DNA of 54,695 nt. Origin: an uncultured virus (IMG/VR IMGVR_UViG_3300024268_000027) (lineage: Duplodnaviria > Heunggongvirae > Uroviricota > Caudoviricetes). Location: IMG/VR virus record IMGVR_UViG_3300024268_000027. One strand, 5' to 3'. This document shows positions 10,301 to 20,300 of this stretch, in pieces; the first letter of the stretch is position 1; each line of letters opens with the position of its first letter. Both the position numbers and the translations under genes were made by a program. The notes under the pieces were generated by a model that saw only the letters and a program-made list of their open reading frames with translations, made no database searches and was not told the origin of the DNA.

Positions 10301-12027
10301 CTAACTTCTTGAGAATCGTCAACATATACTGCATAAGTTTCATAAGAAATATCATCTAATGCAAGTGCATTTATTCTTGAATCAGCATTCAAAATTACAT
10401 TGTAAACAGTATTGTAATCAATTTCCTCACCGAAGCTAATCTTCTGTGAGTTCAATAACTGGAATAGAGCTAGCTTAACATTAGCAACAATATCGTCTTG
10501 TTGTGCATAGCTAAGTTTTGTTGAAGAGATGAGCTTTGCAGTAATAGGATATCTATTCTTCAACATTATTATTCTGTTGGGTTCAAACGCGAGATAGTCA
10601 TGTTGAATACACTTTATGTCCTCAATTGAACTAAGAGCATATCTATCCTCAATACTGTCTAGTTCAAAAGATCTAGAAAAATCACTATAATCTTTGAACC
10701 CATCAACATATTGTAAGCCGTAAACACGAAGATCAAAAGCAGTCATCTCGTCTACAAGATGAGCTGCAGTCTTTGCTTCACCATCAATTTCTACTTCGAT
10801 GTATTCCTTTGATTGTTTAATCATAGGAATCAATTGATCTACACCCTCAATTGTATTGAGTACTTTATATGAGGATTGAATATCATCAGAACGATCACAA
10901 ACAACACAGTTTGACATTCTACCACTGCTCTGTAGGTAGTTGGAATAATCAGTTGTTGTTACTAGTGTTTCAAATGTATTTTTTACTTTCTGATAATTAC
11001 GAAAAGCATCTTCTATTGTTTCAGGATCTTTACCATTGATTGTACTATCCTCATTTACAATGTAAATTTCATCAGTGGTAATATCTAGCTCTTGTGTAGT
11101 AGGCAAAGACGCAAGAGTTCTTTTACATTTTGTTTCAGTAAAGAACTGTTTAATCAATCTTTTACCAACATTGCCGTTGTAACCTGAAGTTGTAACATAA
11201 TGAACTTGAACTCCGTCTGCAATCAAAGAACTAGCATCTGATGGAAACTCAATAAAACAACGAGTACCATCTTGTGTCAATCCAAACTTGAATATTCTGG
11301 ATCCAAGAGGATGGATTAGCAGGTTATCCTTTGATTCCCAGTAGAATGAACTGGAACCAATATTATTAACAAAGATTCCATTTTCTGGAACATTCAATGA
11401 AGGAAAATAAACTCTATTGTCAGAATCAAGTAGATCTGCAGTAATAGTTTCAGAACCGTTGATACTTAATGCAGAAACAACGCCTTGAACCACATCTACA
11501 TAGTGTGGCACACCATCAGAGGACACTGTAACATCTTCAATGGATGTAAACACACTTGTATTATCTACATCAGAGAACATTGTGAATCTTGGAATGGTGT
11601 AGTGCCGAGGATAATTTTCGTGATCAGAAAGTACATCTCCCAGCTCTAATGTGGTTTCAGGCAGAAATGTTGTTAGATCATCTTCAGTAAAATCAGGCTC
11701 ATGCATAACACGCAACTTTAATCTAGTTGTTGCACTTCTGTAATAGCGCATAGTGTAACCGCACTGATCAAACAGTTGTCTTGCATTTGCAAGCTGAGTT
11801 ACTGATTGTGGAAACTGTTCAAGGATATTCTTATCAATGTTGTAGTTACATTTGTCAGCCATAAGAGCAGCTAACTTTAATAGAACAACACCAGGGTCGC
11901 TCTCATCCGATTGAGAAGGATCCCACTTGTAAGAAATCTTTGAAACAAGATCGAGTAATTCAGGATATATTTGAGCAAAATCTTTGTTTGTATAAGAAAG
12001 ATTTGATAATTCATTTACATATGTCAT
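7378..12027 (-). CDS. Large baseplate wedge subunit (T4 gp6 / P2 gpJ-like N-terminal part plus long C-terminal extension)
   Basis: SYTNKDFAQIYPELL...ESDPGVVLLKL, YVTTSGYNGNV, GKDPETIED, TLVTTTDY motifs typical of gp6/J. Confidence 0.8.
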   Translation of the reverse strand: MTYVNELSNLSYTNKDFAQIYPELLDLVSKISYKWDPSQSDESDPGVVLLKLAALMADKCNYNIDKNILEQFPQSVTQLANARQLFDQCGYTMRYYRSATTRLKLRVMHEPDFTEDDLTTFLPETTLELGDVLSDHENYPRHYTIPRFTMFSDVDNTSVFTSIEDVTVSSDGVPHYVDVVQGVVSALSINGSETITADLLDSDNRVYFPSLNVPENGIFVNNIGSSSFYWESKDNLLIHPLGSRIFKFGLTQDGTRCFIEFPSDASSLIADGVQVHYVTTSGYNGNVGKRLIKQFFTETKCKRTLASLPTTQELDITTDEIYIVNEDSTINGKDPETIEDAFRNYQKVKNTFETLVTTTDYSNYLQSSGRMSNCVVCDRSDDIQSSYKVLNTIEGVDQLIPMIKQSKEYIEVEIDGEAKTAAHLVDEMTAFDLRVYGLQYVDGFKDYSDFSRSFELDSIEDRYALSSIEDIKCIQHDYLAFEPNRIIMLKNRYPITAKLISSTKLSYAQQDDIVANVKLALFQLLNSQKISFGEEIDYNTVYNVILNADSRINALALDDISYETYAVYVDDSQEVRSLRIDSNSKEPTDSTQAALWKQFRVDVFTRAVLEGKTPLFIKDTPFAKSLAHETATEKTTYTVDKITTESNILMTLSSGDTPYYTSDKLHENDVITLTAPNLIMEERYANYVQYITNIGIGINRTDSDGTVITRQNYSVGIETPEIVVPKNTDYVLQPDEYIIFFWRTSEDDSEPYTYIKYTGRDSNVPCIINPTFNILKQPNPQVLATSGTVTINDEFFMALGDSASTTHESVKLTINDVYPVNNSDGIVSTDLNRVIETFIIGTPYFSVGQNTIEKKKLNKIHLNNTDNGTNKVYWILNDTVESRGKLVYRLFSADSSDTTYTLKDGEQFIYSNDRGSQYYILGAGTRIERSFRSGATATVWECPALDNKLDFLKEGPTYFESSDHEWFNIDNKASKTELYATEMLYRKLGSGTKLRMLLPSGAKSDLQQLVLNANGINENDPEYQLHLCSFLVIDEDGNSETLPNRNHESLAWSVTASCNINMSVSSPQRLYEGQKFIWTDDENVTTELSGSNTELIYIQSDKVAMYNGGKDIDVTTYDIISDSTVPLHLYVYKIRDFDMSSDAADAKTLWERTAEGTVKARGLDVSLSNIKLDGGDYVIPIEVDSINGELKVYWTEMRPISKHKLTAAEEEMMLSLEAVDAGVDSNGQSYDGSWVDAARPHELCDVAYWVYGAANIDVSSIFKRYTVSDVFDILLSREEDATTYAVSDNPKDSILAETCLMSLQNTTSIPLTFTALTTELNNIGVKVGDIICADIDYETVHAYNVWVCIDTNKFIAVTRTAEGGYDCECVNSIEFDENDLARVADYAFLFRPDELAEVEGTGIVVDTLCENLTRIPAKKNVVYYYAVKAETNSSYTLRLCDVLPDGVTNKTTPTFTVHDLRKFRYPTLSNLHEDAIPFVEDILENIGLLDKTARFNFLYEVPDSDLVEYPLMSQSFLNPDHPMNKFTICQYTLSDSSKRNDIVVISKAR

Positions 12028-12043
12028 ATATGTGCCTCATCTA

Positions 12044-12424
12044 TCATGAATTTTCTTCAGTATCAGTTAAATTTATTGTGTAGATATCAACACTGTTATC
12101 AAGTGTGAGCGTGTATTTCAATTCAACGTATATATCAGCTCCATCACTTGATAGTGTGATGTCTTCCCTCTTAATAAATATCTGAGGTATAAATGTAACT
12201 AATGTAGTATATATTTCATCGACAACAAGATCAACAATAATGTGTGAAGCTTGTTCGAACAGAAGTCTTTTTAATTGAGTACCATAATATGGATCGCCCC
12301 ACAATGTGTTTCGTTCACTTTGTAAAAGTAACAGAACATTTGAACGAACTGCATCTTTATCATTCTTAAGTTTTGCAGTGGTACTACTCAGCATTGATGG
12401 AAAATCAAATGAGTACATCATCAC
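12044..12424 (-). CDS. gp25-like baseplate wedge / sheath initiator
   Basis: AVRSNVLLLLQSERNTLWGDPYYGTQLKRLLFEQ matches the GPW/gp25 pattern. Confidence 0.85.
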   Translation of the reverse strand: MMMYSFDFPSMLSSTTAKLKNDKDAVRSNVLLLLQSERNTLWGDPYYGTQLKRLLFEQASHIIVDLVVDEIYTTLVTFIPQIFIKREDITLSSDGADIYVELKYTLTLDNSVDIYTINLTDTEENS

Positions 12425-12839
12425 CTCTCATTTCTGCTATTTGTTTTTTCAATGACTCAATCTGCTCTTGAATATTCTCTGTTACTCCTGCCAAGCATTG
12501 GATATCTGCGGAAGTAACATTTCCAATTGTTGTATTCAACGGTAAAGTTGCAGACTGATCAACAAACAGATCTGAAAGATTCAGAACGCATTTTTTTGCT
12601 ATAGATGCATCTCTGTACAAGTATCCTAAGATTGTACAATCCTCAGAACCAACATCAAGAATTACAACGTCTCCGGATTGTAGTTCGACTTCCATTCCAG
12701 GAATTGTTGCATAGGTTGCAGTACTCAAGTTTTCAGTTGAAGTGTGCACGCTAGAACTTACAACTCTATCAATTGAAGGAATCCTTACCTTAACATGAAA
12801 AGGATCAATTCTTTTTTCAACAATTCCTCGAGTTATCAT
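12405..12839 (-). CDS. Putative baseplate spike (gp5/gpV-like OB-fold N-terminus)
   Basis: GIVEKRIDPFHVKVRIP...GDVVIL...ILGYL; lies between hub and gp25. Confidence 0.6.
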   Translation of the reverse strand: MITRGIVEKRIDPFHVKVRIPSIDRVVSSSVHTSTENLSTATYATIPGMEVELQSGDVVILDVGSEDCTILGYLYRDASIAKKCVLNLSDLFVDQSATLPLNTTIGNVTSADIQCLAGVTENIQEQIESLKKQIAEMRGDDVLI

Positions 12840-13262
12840 CTAGTTGTCCTCATACAGTTTATAGTTTGATTTTTTCTTACTTAAGTAATCTTCATATATA
12901 TTATTATACAATGGCAACCCTTGTACTAAGAGTTTTTCCGATGTATTCAATTTCTTTCTTGAAGTCAACAACATGAGAGCAAGCTCATTTGCATACTGTA
13001 ATTCGTCTTTTGTACATAGACATAAGTAATAGTGTGCAAGAGTATGCTCTCTGTAAGTTAGTATAACAAGATTAGTTAAAGTATTATCAACAGTTTGTTT
13101 ATGTATCTTGAACCAGGATCTTGGAATTATATGATGACTGTTTGTGTTTCCTGCTCTTCGTGTAGTTCGTCTATTTCGTTCAATAACTTGGATATACTTA
13201 TCAAGATATTCGTTATCAACAAACCCTTCGTGCTGAAGAAGCTTTTCTTTCAATGGGCTCAT
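12840..13262 (-). CDS. Free-standing HNH (homing) endonuclease-like protein
   Basis: SHHIIPRSW...NLVILTYREHTLAHYYL HNH signature. Confidence 0.8.
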   Translation of the reverse strand: MSPLKEKLLQHEGFVDNEYLDKYIQVIERNRRTTRRAGNTNSHHIIPRSWFKIHKQTVDNTLTNLVILTYREHTLAHYYLCLCTKDELQYANELALMLLTSRKKLNTSEKLLVQGLPLYNNIYEDYLSKKKSNYKLYEDN

Positions 13263-14500
13263 GAATCTCCTCCAACACGAGTCAGATTCAAAATTGTTCT
13301 GTATCCTTGATCATTGATTATATCTTCTTGTCTAGTTATGATATACAGTCCGCTAGAAATATGTTTATTTCCGTAGAAATATGTATTAACTTTAACATAA
13401 GCCATCAACAATGTAGGTCTAAGGAGTCCCTTTATTGTTAACGTAGCAGTAACAGGATATTGAGTTACTTGTGTCCACCACGTTTTAGATGCCTCAGTGG
13501 TTTTTAGTGCCGAAGATGATGCGGTAACAGTCGGGGAGAGATATGTCTCAATGTTACCTTCATCGTTGATTGAATACATGTATTGGGGCTGATTTATCTT
13601 TTCGGAATAATCATAAAGAATGGACCACGTATGATCGGTTTTCAATGAGAAGGAAGCAACATAGTTGCCAGAAGGATATCCAACATCAACCTCAAATGTA
13701 TCCATAGTTAAGTTGTATGTTGTATTTGTAGCAACTTTTATAACTTTGAAATATGCACCACCATACTCATTACTTACATCATCATATACACTCCAGAAAT
13801 AGTTTGCACTCTTTATAGCGCCACCCTTATCTGAAACAGAAACCATACAAGTAACAAGATATCCGATATAATCAAGAATACTGACTCCTTGTTTTGCTTC
13901 TATTGATACTTTACGATCATCACCAGCAATGAATGTACTAACAGATGCTTTCGACATGTTACTCATTCCACCGAATATCTGAGAAAGTCCATAAGATTCA
14001 TTTGCTAGCAATTCTTTTATAACATCGCTTGGTTTAGCTACTCTTGGTGGGAAAGAGAATGTTCCCGCTTTCATTGTAAGAGCTGAACTAACACATTGGA
14101 GTGTATAAGTAATCTTTGATGCTTGAAAATCAACATTACTTTCAACTTTCGTTATCAATCCTTCTTCTTCTTTGTAAATATAAGAAGGAGCATTCCAGTC
14201 ACCATAACTTAAAACAATCTTTCTTGAAGTTGAAACAGAACTAAATACTTTTTCAAGAAGATTGGGATCATCATGTTGCGTTATAGCATAATCCATCGTG
14301 AGTGTGTATGTATTAACAGTTCCATTGATCTTGACAATACGCAAAGATTTCATAAAATTAGGAAAAGTAACTAATCCAGACTGCTTGAGTCTTTTCTTGC
14401 TCGAAATGTCACTACACTGCCCAAACGTGTAATCACCAATCTTTGCAATAATAAATGGAGACTCAACCCTATTTTGAGCTGAAACTAATGAGGAGGGCAT
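13259..14500 (-). CDS. Baseplate hub protein (gp27/gpD-like)
   Basis: 413 aa; position after the LysM/gp53-like gene; C-terminal ATLTIKG...SGLYIITRQEDIINDQGYRTILNLTR typical of hub proteins. Confidence 0.7.
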   Translation of the reverse strand: MPSSLVSAQNRVESPFIIAKIGDYTFGQCSDISSKKRLKQSGLVTFPNFMKSLRIVKINGTVNTYTLTMDYAITQHDDPNLLEKVFSSVSTSRKIVLSYGDWNAPSYIYKEEEGLITKVESNVDFQASKITYTLQCVSSALTMKAGTFSFPPRVAKPSDVIKELLANESYGLSQIFGGMSNMSKASVSTFIAGDDRKVSIEAKQGVSILDYIGYLVTCMVSVSDKGGAIKSANYFWSVYDDVSNEYGGAYFKVIKVATNTTYNLTMDTFEVDVGYPSGNYVASFSLKTDHTWSILYDYSEKINQPQYMYSINDEGNIETYLSPTVTASSSALKTTEASKTWWTQVTQYPVTATLTIKGLLRPTLLMAYVKVNTYFYGNKHISSGLYIITRQEDIINDQGYRTILNLTRVGGDS

Positions 14501-14514
14501 TATAAATTCTCCTT

Positions 14515-14835
14515 TTATAGATCAAATTCTATGTTTGCTATTGCAGGTATCTTGATAACACTACCAACCTTCAAGTTTTGAAATGGGTCTTGGATTCTAT
14601 TGAACGAACATATTATCCAGTATAATGTTGGGTTGTTATAGTAATCGAGAGCAAGGCTATCGAATGTATCTCCTTGCTTAACGGTATGTGCAGTATATAT
14701 GGTTGTATCTTTCAGATAAGCAGTTTTTCCATAAACATATTTGTTGTCAATTGTGTGGTAATAGTAAGGAAATGGGGTATATCTTGATATCTTTGAATGA
14801 GTCTTATATGCTTTATTTGTTAAAACATCCATCAA
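14515..14835 (-). CDS. LysM-domain baseplate protein (gp53/gpX-like)
   Basis: HTVKQGDTFDSLALDYYNNPTLYWIICSFNRIQDPF...GSVIKIP. Confidence 0.85.
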   Translation of the reverse strand: MMDVLTNKAYKTHSKISRYTPFPYYYHTIDNKYVYGKTAYLKDTTIYTAHTVKQGDTFDSLALDYYNNPTLYWIICSFNRIQDPFQNLKVGSVIKIPAIANIEFDL

Positions 14836-14843
14836 TAGACTCC

Positions 14844-15536
14844 TTAGTTAGTTCTTGATTTAGTTGTTGACGACCCTGTTTTTGTTTTCCAGATTCTCCG
14901 TTCAAGATCGGTTGTTAAACCTCTAAAATGTCCAAGAGTCATAACGGAATCAGCATCATACGGATCAATTTCGTCTAATGTAAAGTTTATGTTAACTTCA
15001 GCATACTTGTCAGTTCTTAGAATGGGACCACCGTATTCTGTAGTAACAGCTCCTTTAACAATACCTTTACAAAAGATATCTTGTCCAAACCTAACAGCAA
15101 CAATTGGCGGATTTACCATCTTTTCAGCTGCTGCATATCTGGGGAGTGCAGCAGCTTGGAGTTGTTTTATTAGAATATCGATGTAGTCTTCTTTTTCAAG
15201 ATCTGGAACATTCAAGTTACTGCTACTTACATTGACACTATTCATCATGTCTCTATGTAGTTGAAGATGGACACTGATAGATCTTGGACCAGAACTGGAA
15301 AACGAGTAGATGGGGGCCGATCTTGAAAGTAGATCAGCAGAGTTGAAATTAGCAGTCATAGAATCCGTAACATTTTGTGGATAAGTTGGAATTGCTATGA
15401 GAGTATCAGTATGGTAAAGATAGATATAATTATCTATCATAACAAATGTATTTGAAGTACTTCCTGCATAGGTATTCTTACTTGTTACAGGAGTATTCGG
15501 AGAAGTAAAACTTGCATTATTGTTAAGCAATCTCAT
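14844..15536 (-). CDS. Tail tube initiator-like baseplate protein (gp48/gp54/CIS tube-like)
   Basis: LSRSAPIYSFSSSGPRSISVHLQL...PPIVAVRFG...KGIV pattern; position after the tape-measure region. Confidence 0.6.
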   Translation of the reverse strand: MRLLNNNASFTSPNTPVTSKNTYAGSTSNTFVMIDNYIYLYHTDTLIAIPTYPQNVTDSMTANFNSADLLSRSAPIYSFSSSGPRSISVHLQLHRDMMNSVNVSSSNLNVPDLEKEDYIDILIKQLQAAALPRYAAAEKMVNPPIVAVRFGQDIFCKGIVKGAVTTEYGGPILRTDKYAEVNINFTLDEIDPYDADSVMTLGHFRGLTTDLERRIWKTKTGSSTTKSRTN

Positions 15537-17362
15537 GTTCGATACACTCCTAACAATGAAAGTAATCTTTCAATATCTTTATTTACAAATCCGTCGTGAT
15601 CATACTGATATTCAAGTTTGTCTCTGTGAGTGTCTAGAATTCTCAGAATTGATTCTTGAATTCCTTCGTCCCAAGCACCTTTGATAGCACTCTTGTTTTC
15701 TAAAGTTATTTTGTAATCTTCACAAAGAGGAAGATAATCAAGATGCTTTGTACCATCGGAGTTTGTAGTTCTTGTTAAACTTTCTTGAATATTAGCAATG
15801 TTTGTACTTAGTGTTTCTTGAGGATAGATAACATTGTTAAGTAGATATTCTACAAGTCTGTCTGAGAATGCATACGAAAATCCAGTATTGTACGATAACA
15901 AACTGAGAGGTGCAACATCACTGGCTCTTAATCTAGTAACATCAGCACTCGTTGTTAAGTCATTTGAGATAACTTCCCCTTCGTCATCAAACTTGTTAAA
16001 TATTGTTTTATTTGTATAATCACCTTCTAAAACAACAATTGAAGTTTCAACATTTTTTGGAAGTTGAATGATCATGTAGAGATATTTCTGGCGTTGATAC
16101 AACTCTCTCTTAACTGTTTCACTTAACTTTGCATCTTGACTGAATACAACATCAGCAAGTGGAATAGAGAATGTAAATGGTGATGTAAAATTACAATTTC
16201 TTTTTATAGCTATACTGTGATACAAGTACTCAGAATAAGTTGACTTCATGTTAGTTCTATTCTGATGCGTAGTCTCATCAGTACTTAACTTGTTTATATG
16301 AATCATTCCATTATCATATAATACACCAGCCATCATAACATCTGAATCACATGAAAAAGCGACGGTATAAGTAGTGTCAAATAAAACTGGGACCGCAACA
16401 ACTCTATAATCCGCACTTGCGTCCTCAACAAAGAATTTCATCAATTCTTGTTTTACTTTATGACCAACATACAGGTCAGGAGAACAAGAAATAAGTCCTA
16501 CCTCATAGGGATCACGATCAAGTTTCCATACTAAGTTACCACCACAAGTATCATCATCAATTTCTTGTAGAGTATCCATAACAGGAGGTGTGGCATCGGT
16601 ATAATCAAAAGTGATACGGACCGAGTTTAGACGATCATTGCCATCTTTAACAATGGCTTTCCACTCGTCTGAAGACCCCACATAAAAAACATCCAGAAGA
16701 TTTGTACAACCTAGAAACGCTCCAATACCAATTGAAGTAACTGTTTTAGGAATAACAATTGAAACTAATCCTTTACAGTTAAAGAATGCATTACTTCCGA
16801 TGCTTGTTACACCATCATCTATGAATACATTCTTAATGTAGTCTTTTTCGGACCATGGGGAGGGGTCTACAGTTGTATAGTTTTTCATTGGACTATCAAT
16901 TATACTAGTGTCCTCACGACTTATTTGAACAGTGCCAGGAGCAAATGCTTGGATAACATCATCCTCAGGAGTTAGCATCTCCTCTTGAGTGAATTTAAGA
17001 TAAACATCATCAAGCTCTTTACTGTTATAACAGTTATAATATGGCATCAGATCAATGGAATATTTATCTCTGAAGTATCTTAGATAATAGCCAAGATTTT
17101 TATGAGTTTCTTCATCATACCAAGACACATTTGATATGAAATTTCTCATCAAACATTGCTCAGTATGATATCTAACTTGAGCAGTTGAACCAAACTTTCC
17201 TGATTGTAAGCACTCAACAATGTTGTCGTTAAAGTAGTAGTTACAACCTGCTACTAAGTTAGAACCCTCCCTGATTGTTTGCAAAGAAGGCACGTATTCA
17301 GTTGCAAGTAAGTGCTTTATGAATCGAGCAATCAACGTTTGCTCATGAAATTTTTGAAACAT
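15533..17362 (-). CDS. Virion-associated protein with inserted BspA-type LRR module
   Basis: IDDGVTSIGSNAFFNCKGLVSIVIPKTVTSIGIGAFLGCTNL (LRR_5 repeats) at about aa 176-225 in otherwise unrecognised sequence. Confidence 0.65.
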   Translation of the reverse strand: MFQKFHEQTLIARFIKHLLATEYVPSLQTIREGSNLVAGCNYYFNDNIVECLQSGKFGSTAQVRYHTEQCLMRNFISNVSWYDEETHKNLGYYLRYFRDKYSIDLMPYYNCYNSKELDDVYLKFTQEEMLTPEDDVIQAFAPGTVQISREDTSIIDSPMKNYTTVDPSPWSEKDYIKNVFIDDGVTSIGSNAFFNCKGLVSIVIPKTVTSIGIGAFLGCTNLLDVFYVGSSDEWKAIVKDGNDRLNSVRITFDYTDATPPVMDTLQEIDDDTCGGNLVWKLDRDPYEVGLISCSPDLYVGHKVKQELMKFFVEDASADYRVVAVPVLFDTTYTVAFSCDSDVMMAGVLYDNGMIHINKLSTDETTHQNRTNMKSTYSEYLYHSIAIKRNCNFTSPFTFSIPLADVVFSQDAKLSETVKRELYQRQKYLYMIIQLPKNVETSIVVLEGDYTNKTIFNKFDDEGEVISNDLTTSADVTRLRASDVAPLSLLSYNTGFSYAFSDRLVEYLLNNVIYPQETLSTNIANIQESLTRTTNSDGTKHLDYLPLCEDYKITLENKSAIKGAWDEGIQESILRILDTHRDKLEYQYDHDGFVNKDIERLLSLLGVYRT

Positions 17363-17389
17363 TATTCGTTACCTTCCGTAATATCTTCA

Positions 17390-20300
17390 TCAAGGTAAAA
17401 CTAATGTGGTGTCTTGCCTTGTCGTAACAACGTTTGTTGGATCAAAGAACATCTTCAACTTATCAGCCATCTGAGCAACAATAGGATGAACATCATCACT
17501 ATCATAAACATTGTTTGATCCATCAGAGCCTGTTAAACTCATTTCAACAGCTGCTTTCAAAATTTGCTGTAAGAATTTTTGAACATCCGGTGAGAATTCA
17601 TCAACAGTTGCTCTAACATACTCAGGGAATACAACTTTTGTTAGGGCTTGAATTTCTGCCATTGCTTTTAGATCAGCAAGTTTCTGAGGATCAGCAATAC
17701 TTTGTTGTGTTATCTGACTGATAACAGTTTTAACAAACTGTTCATTTGCATTCTGTGAAGAGCTAACAACAGAATTGAATCCATCAGAATACATATTTGT
17801 CCAAACAGATGTGTCAGTTGCTAAAGTATTAAGATTTCCTTGATATTCTTGTATCAAGCTCCACATATCAACAGTAACATTGGAAAGATCAATACTTGAA
17901 GATTTGACAGCTTGAAGTACTGAAGATGTTACATTACTTGCTGTATTTAACTGATCAGCATAATTCTGAATCAGAACTTGACCGTCCTCATTTATATTTA
18001 TGAGGTTACTTGTTAGTCCATTTTCTCCCATAGCGGAAGTCAAGAACAATCTTGATGGAGCGAGCAGATCAGAAATTGAATCAAACACACTGAAGTTCAA
18101 TCTGTCATACAACAGATCATATGTCATAACGCTCTGTTTTAAGATAGTGTTATCTTCTTCCGCAAGTGCAGCCCAAATCAGCTGCGTCTGCTCATATATC
18201 TTTTCTGGCAATTCTTGAGCATCTGCAACATTCTTGTTTGTAACTTCAGAATCTTCTTGAGCACTGTCAGCACTATCAGACATAGCAGTTCTCTTCATAT
18301 CCGTGCCACTACCAGAGCCATTGTAATCAATTCTTGCGCTTGAACTGAATCCAGAAGCTGTTCCTGCTGTCATGAAGGATGCAGCGGATCCTCTCGATGT
18401 GAATTCTGCGTCAGATGTTAAGCCCCAATCAGATTTTAGATTAAGCGCACCATCCAAACCTCCACCGCCAAGAGATGTTACAAGATTTCCAAGTAAAGCT
18501 AATCCAGCCATACCGCCTTTCAACAACCCTGTAACAGTTGTGTTCAAATCGAAACCAGATCCAAACACGTTAACGAATGGTAGAGCAATACCACCTGTTA
18601 ATCCTTCAACAACATTCAAGGTTTTCCACAAGCCATAAGTAACAGGATTTCCACCAATGTCAAGAGCTGCACCAAGTAATGCATTGTCAAACAATGTTTC
18701 AACCATTGTACTGAAATGTGTTCTGGACATAATAGAATCAATCTGATCTTGTGTTTCCTGAACAGATTTGTTGTAAGTAGTTGTTAAAGAATACAGTTCC
18801 TTAACATCTTGTGTTGTTAGGTTCTGAATAGCTCGGAGATCAGCCATTTCCAAACCAAAAATATCTGTATAAGCTGATTTTGTTACTTGACTGGAATCAG
18901 TATTATTTGCAATATCCATCAAGTACTGTAACATACCAGCTAGTAACTTGTTTGTTGTTTCAGCATTGAGACCTTGTGTCAAGATATCTGCATAAGACAC
19001 TCCGCCCCAAGATGCACTCATAGCTAATAATGTTTGTAAGGATTCATCGCTATTCAATGCAGTAACGTTACCAGTTCCAAGATAATTCAATCCTTGAGCA
19101 ATCTTCTCGAGCGAGCTTGAGCTCATACCGAGTGAATACATTGAACCTAACCACTTATGTATAATGTATTCAAACTCAACAGACATGTCTCTAGAAAGCA
19201 TTGAACTGGCTTGCAAGATTGCACTTTCAATGCTATCATGAGGTCCCTGTGAACTAAGATAACTTGTATCAGAGTACATTGAATTCAAGAGCTTGTTAAT
19301 TGAGGACTCAATACCCATTCGTGCTGCAGTGGTATCTGCTTGTTGTAATCGAATAAGTCTCTGAAGATCAGCACTAAGTACATCAAAAGTACTGATTACT
19401 TTATCCGTAATTGTTGCCAACAGTGTTCTACTCTCAATGTTGTATGAAATACCGGCATCAACTAGTTTACGGAACTCTTCAATGAAGTCTTTCTGAGAAA
19501 CAATCATGCTCATTCCGAGATTTGTAGTCATTGTTTTAAGTACACTACTGTAATCTTCGTCAGTTCCTTGCAATCTTGCATTGATCTCGGCTTGATACTT
19601 GTAGTATGCATTGATGTTCTCGTCTATTGATTTTGTGAGATCAGCCATCGTATCAGATAGCTCTTGAAGTCCTTGTACAAGTGCTTCTGTAGCACCATCC
19701 TTTGTAGTTAACGCTCTTTTTAATCTATACTGTTCTTCATAACTATCAATTGTAGCTTCATGACTGGCTTCCTTTGCGGCTTGAAGCTTACCACCATCAA
19801 CATTACCTTCAGCGTCTTTCTCACCTGTTCCCGTAAAGCGTTCTCTTGCTATTGTTCTTAGAGTTTTCTTTTCTTTTTCTTCTTTGCCATCTCCATCTTC
19901 GCCCTTTTTCTTTGATTTCTTAGATTTACTATCTTTATCGAAGAAATCAGAAATGGCAGAAATGAGATCCTTGAGCTCATTTGGATCGGTTGGATCCTCT
20001 GGAGAAGTAACCCCCGCATTCAACAACTCATTGAGTCTGTCTAATCTTGCAGTAAGCTCTGCTTGAGCTGTAGCATCATCAGTTGTTGTCTGAGCAACAA
20101 GAGCACGAAGATGTTCGACAACAGGTTGAGTTGTTTGATTAGTATCAACACTTGGAGGAGTGGGGGCAGTTGGTAACGTACTGACATCACTGTGTGCAGC
20201 AGTTACTTTTGATTCAATTGTATCAACATATGTTTTGAAAACTGACACTAGATCAGTTAGATAGTTTAATATAGTATCAACTTGATTCTTTAATGGATGT

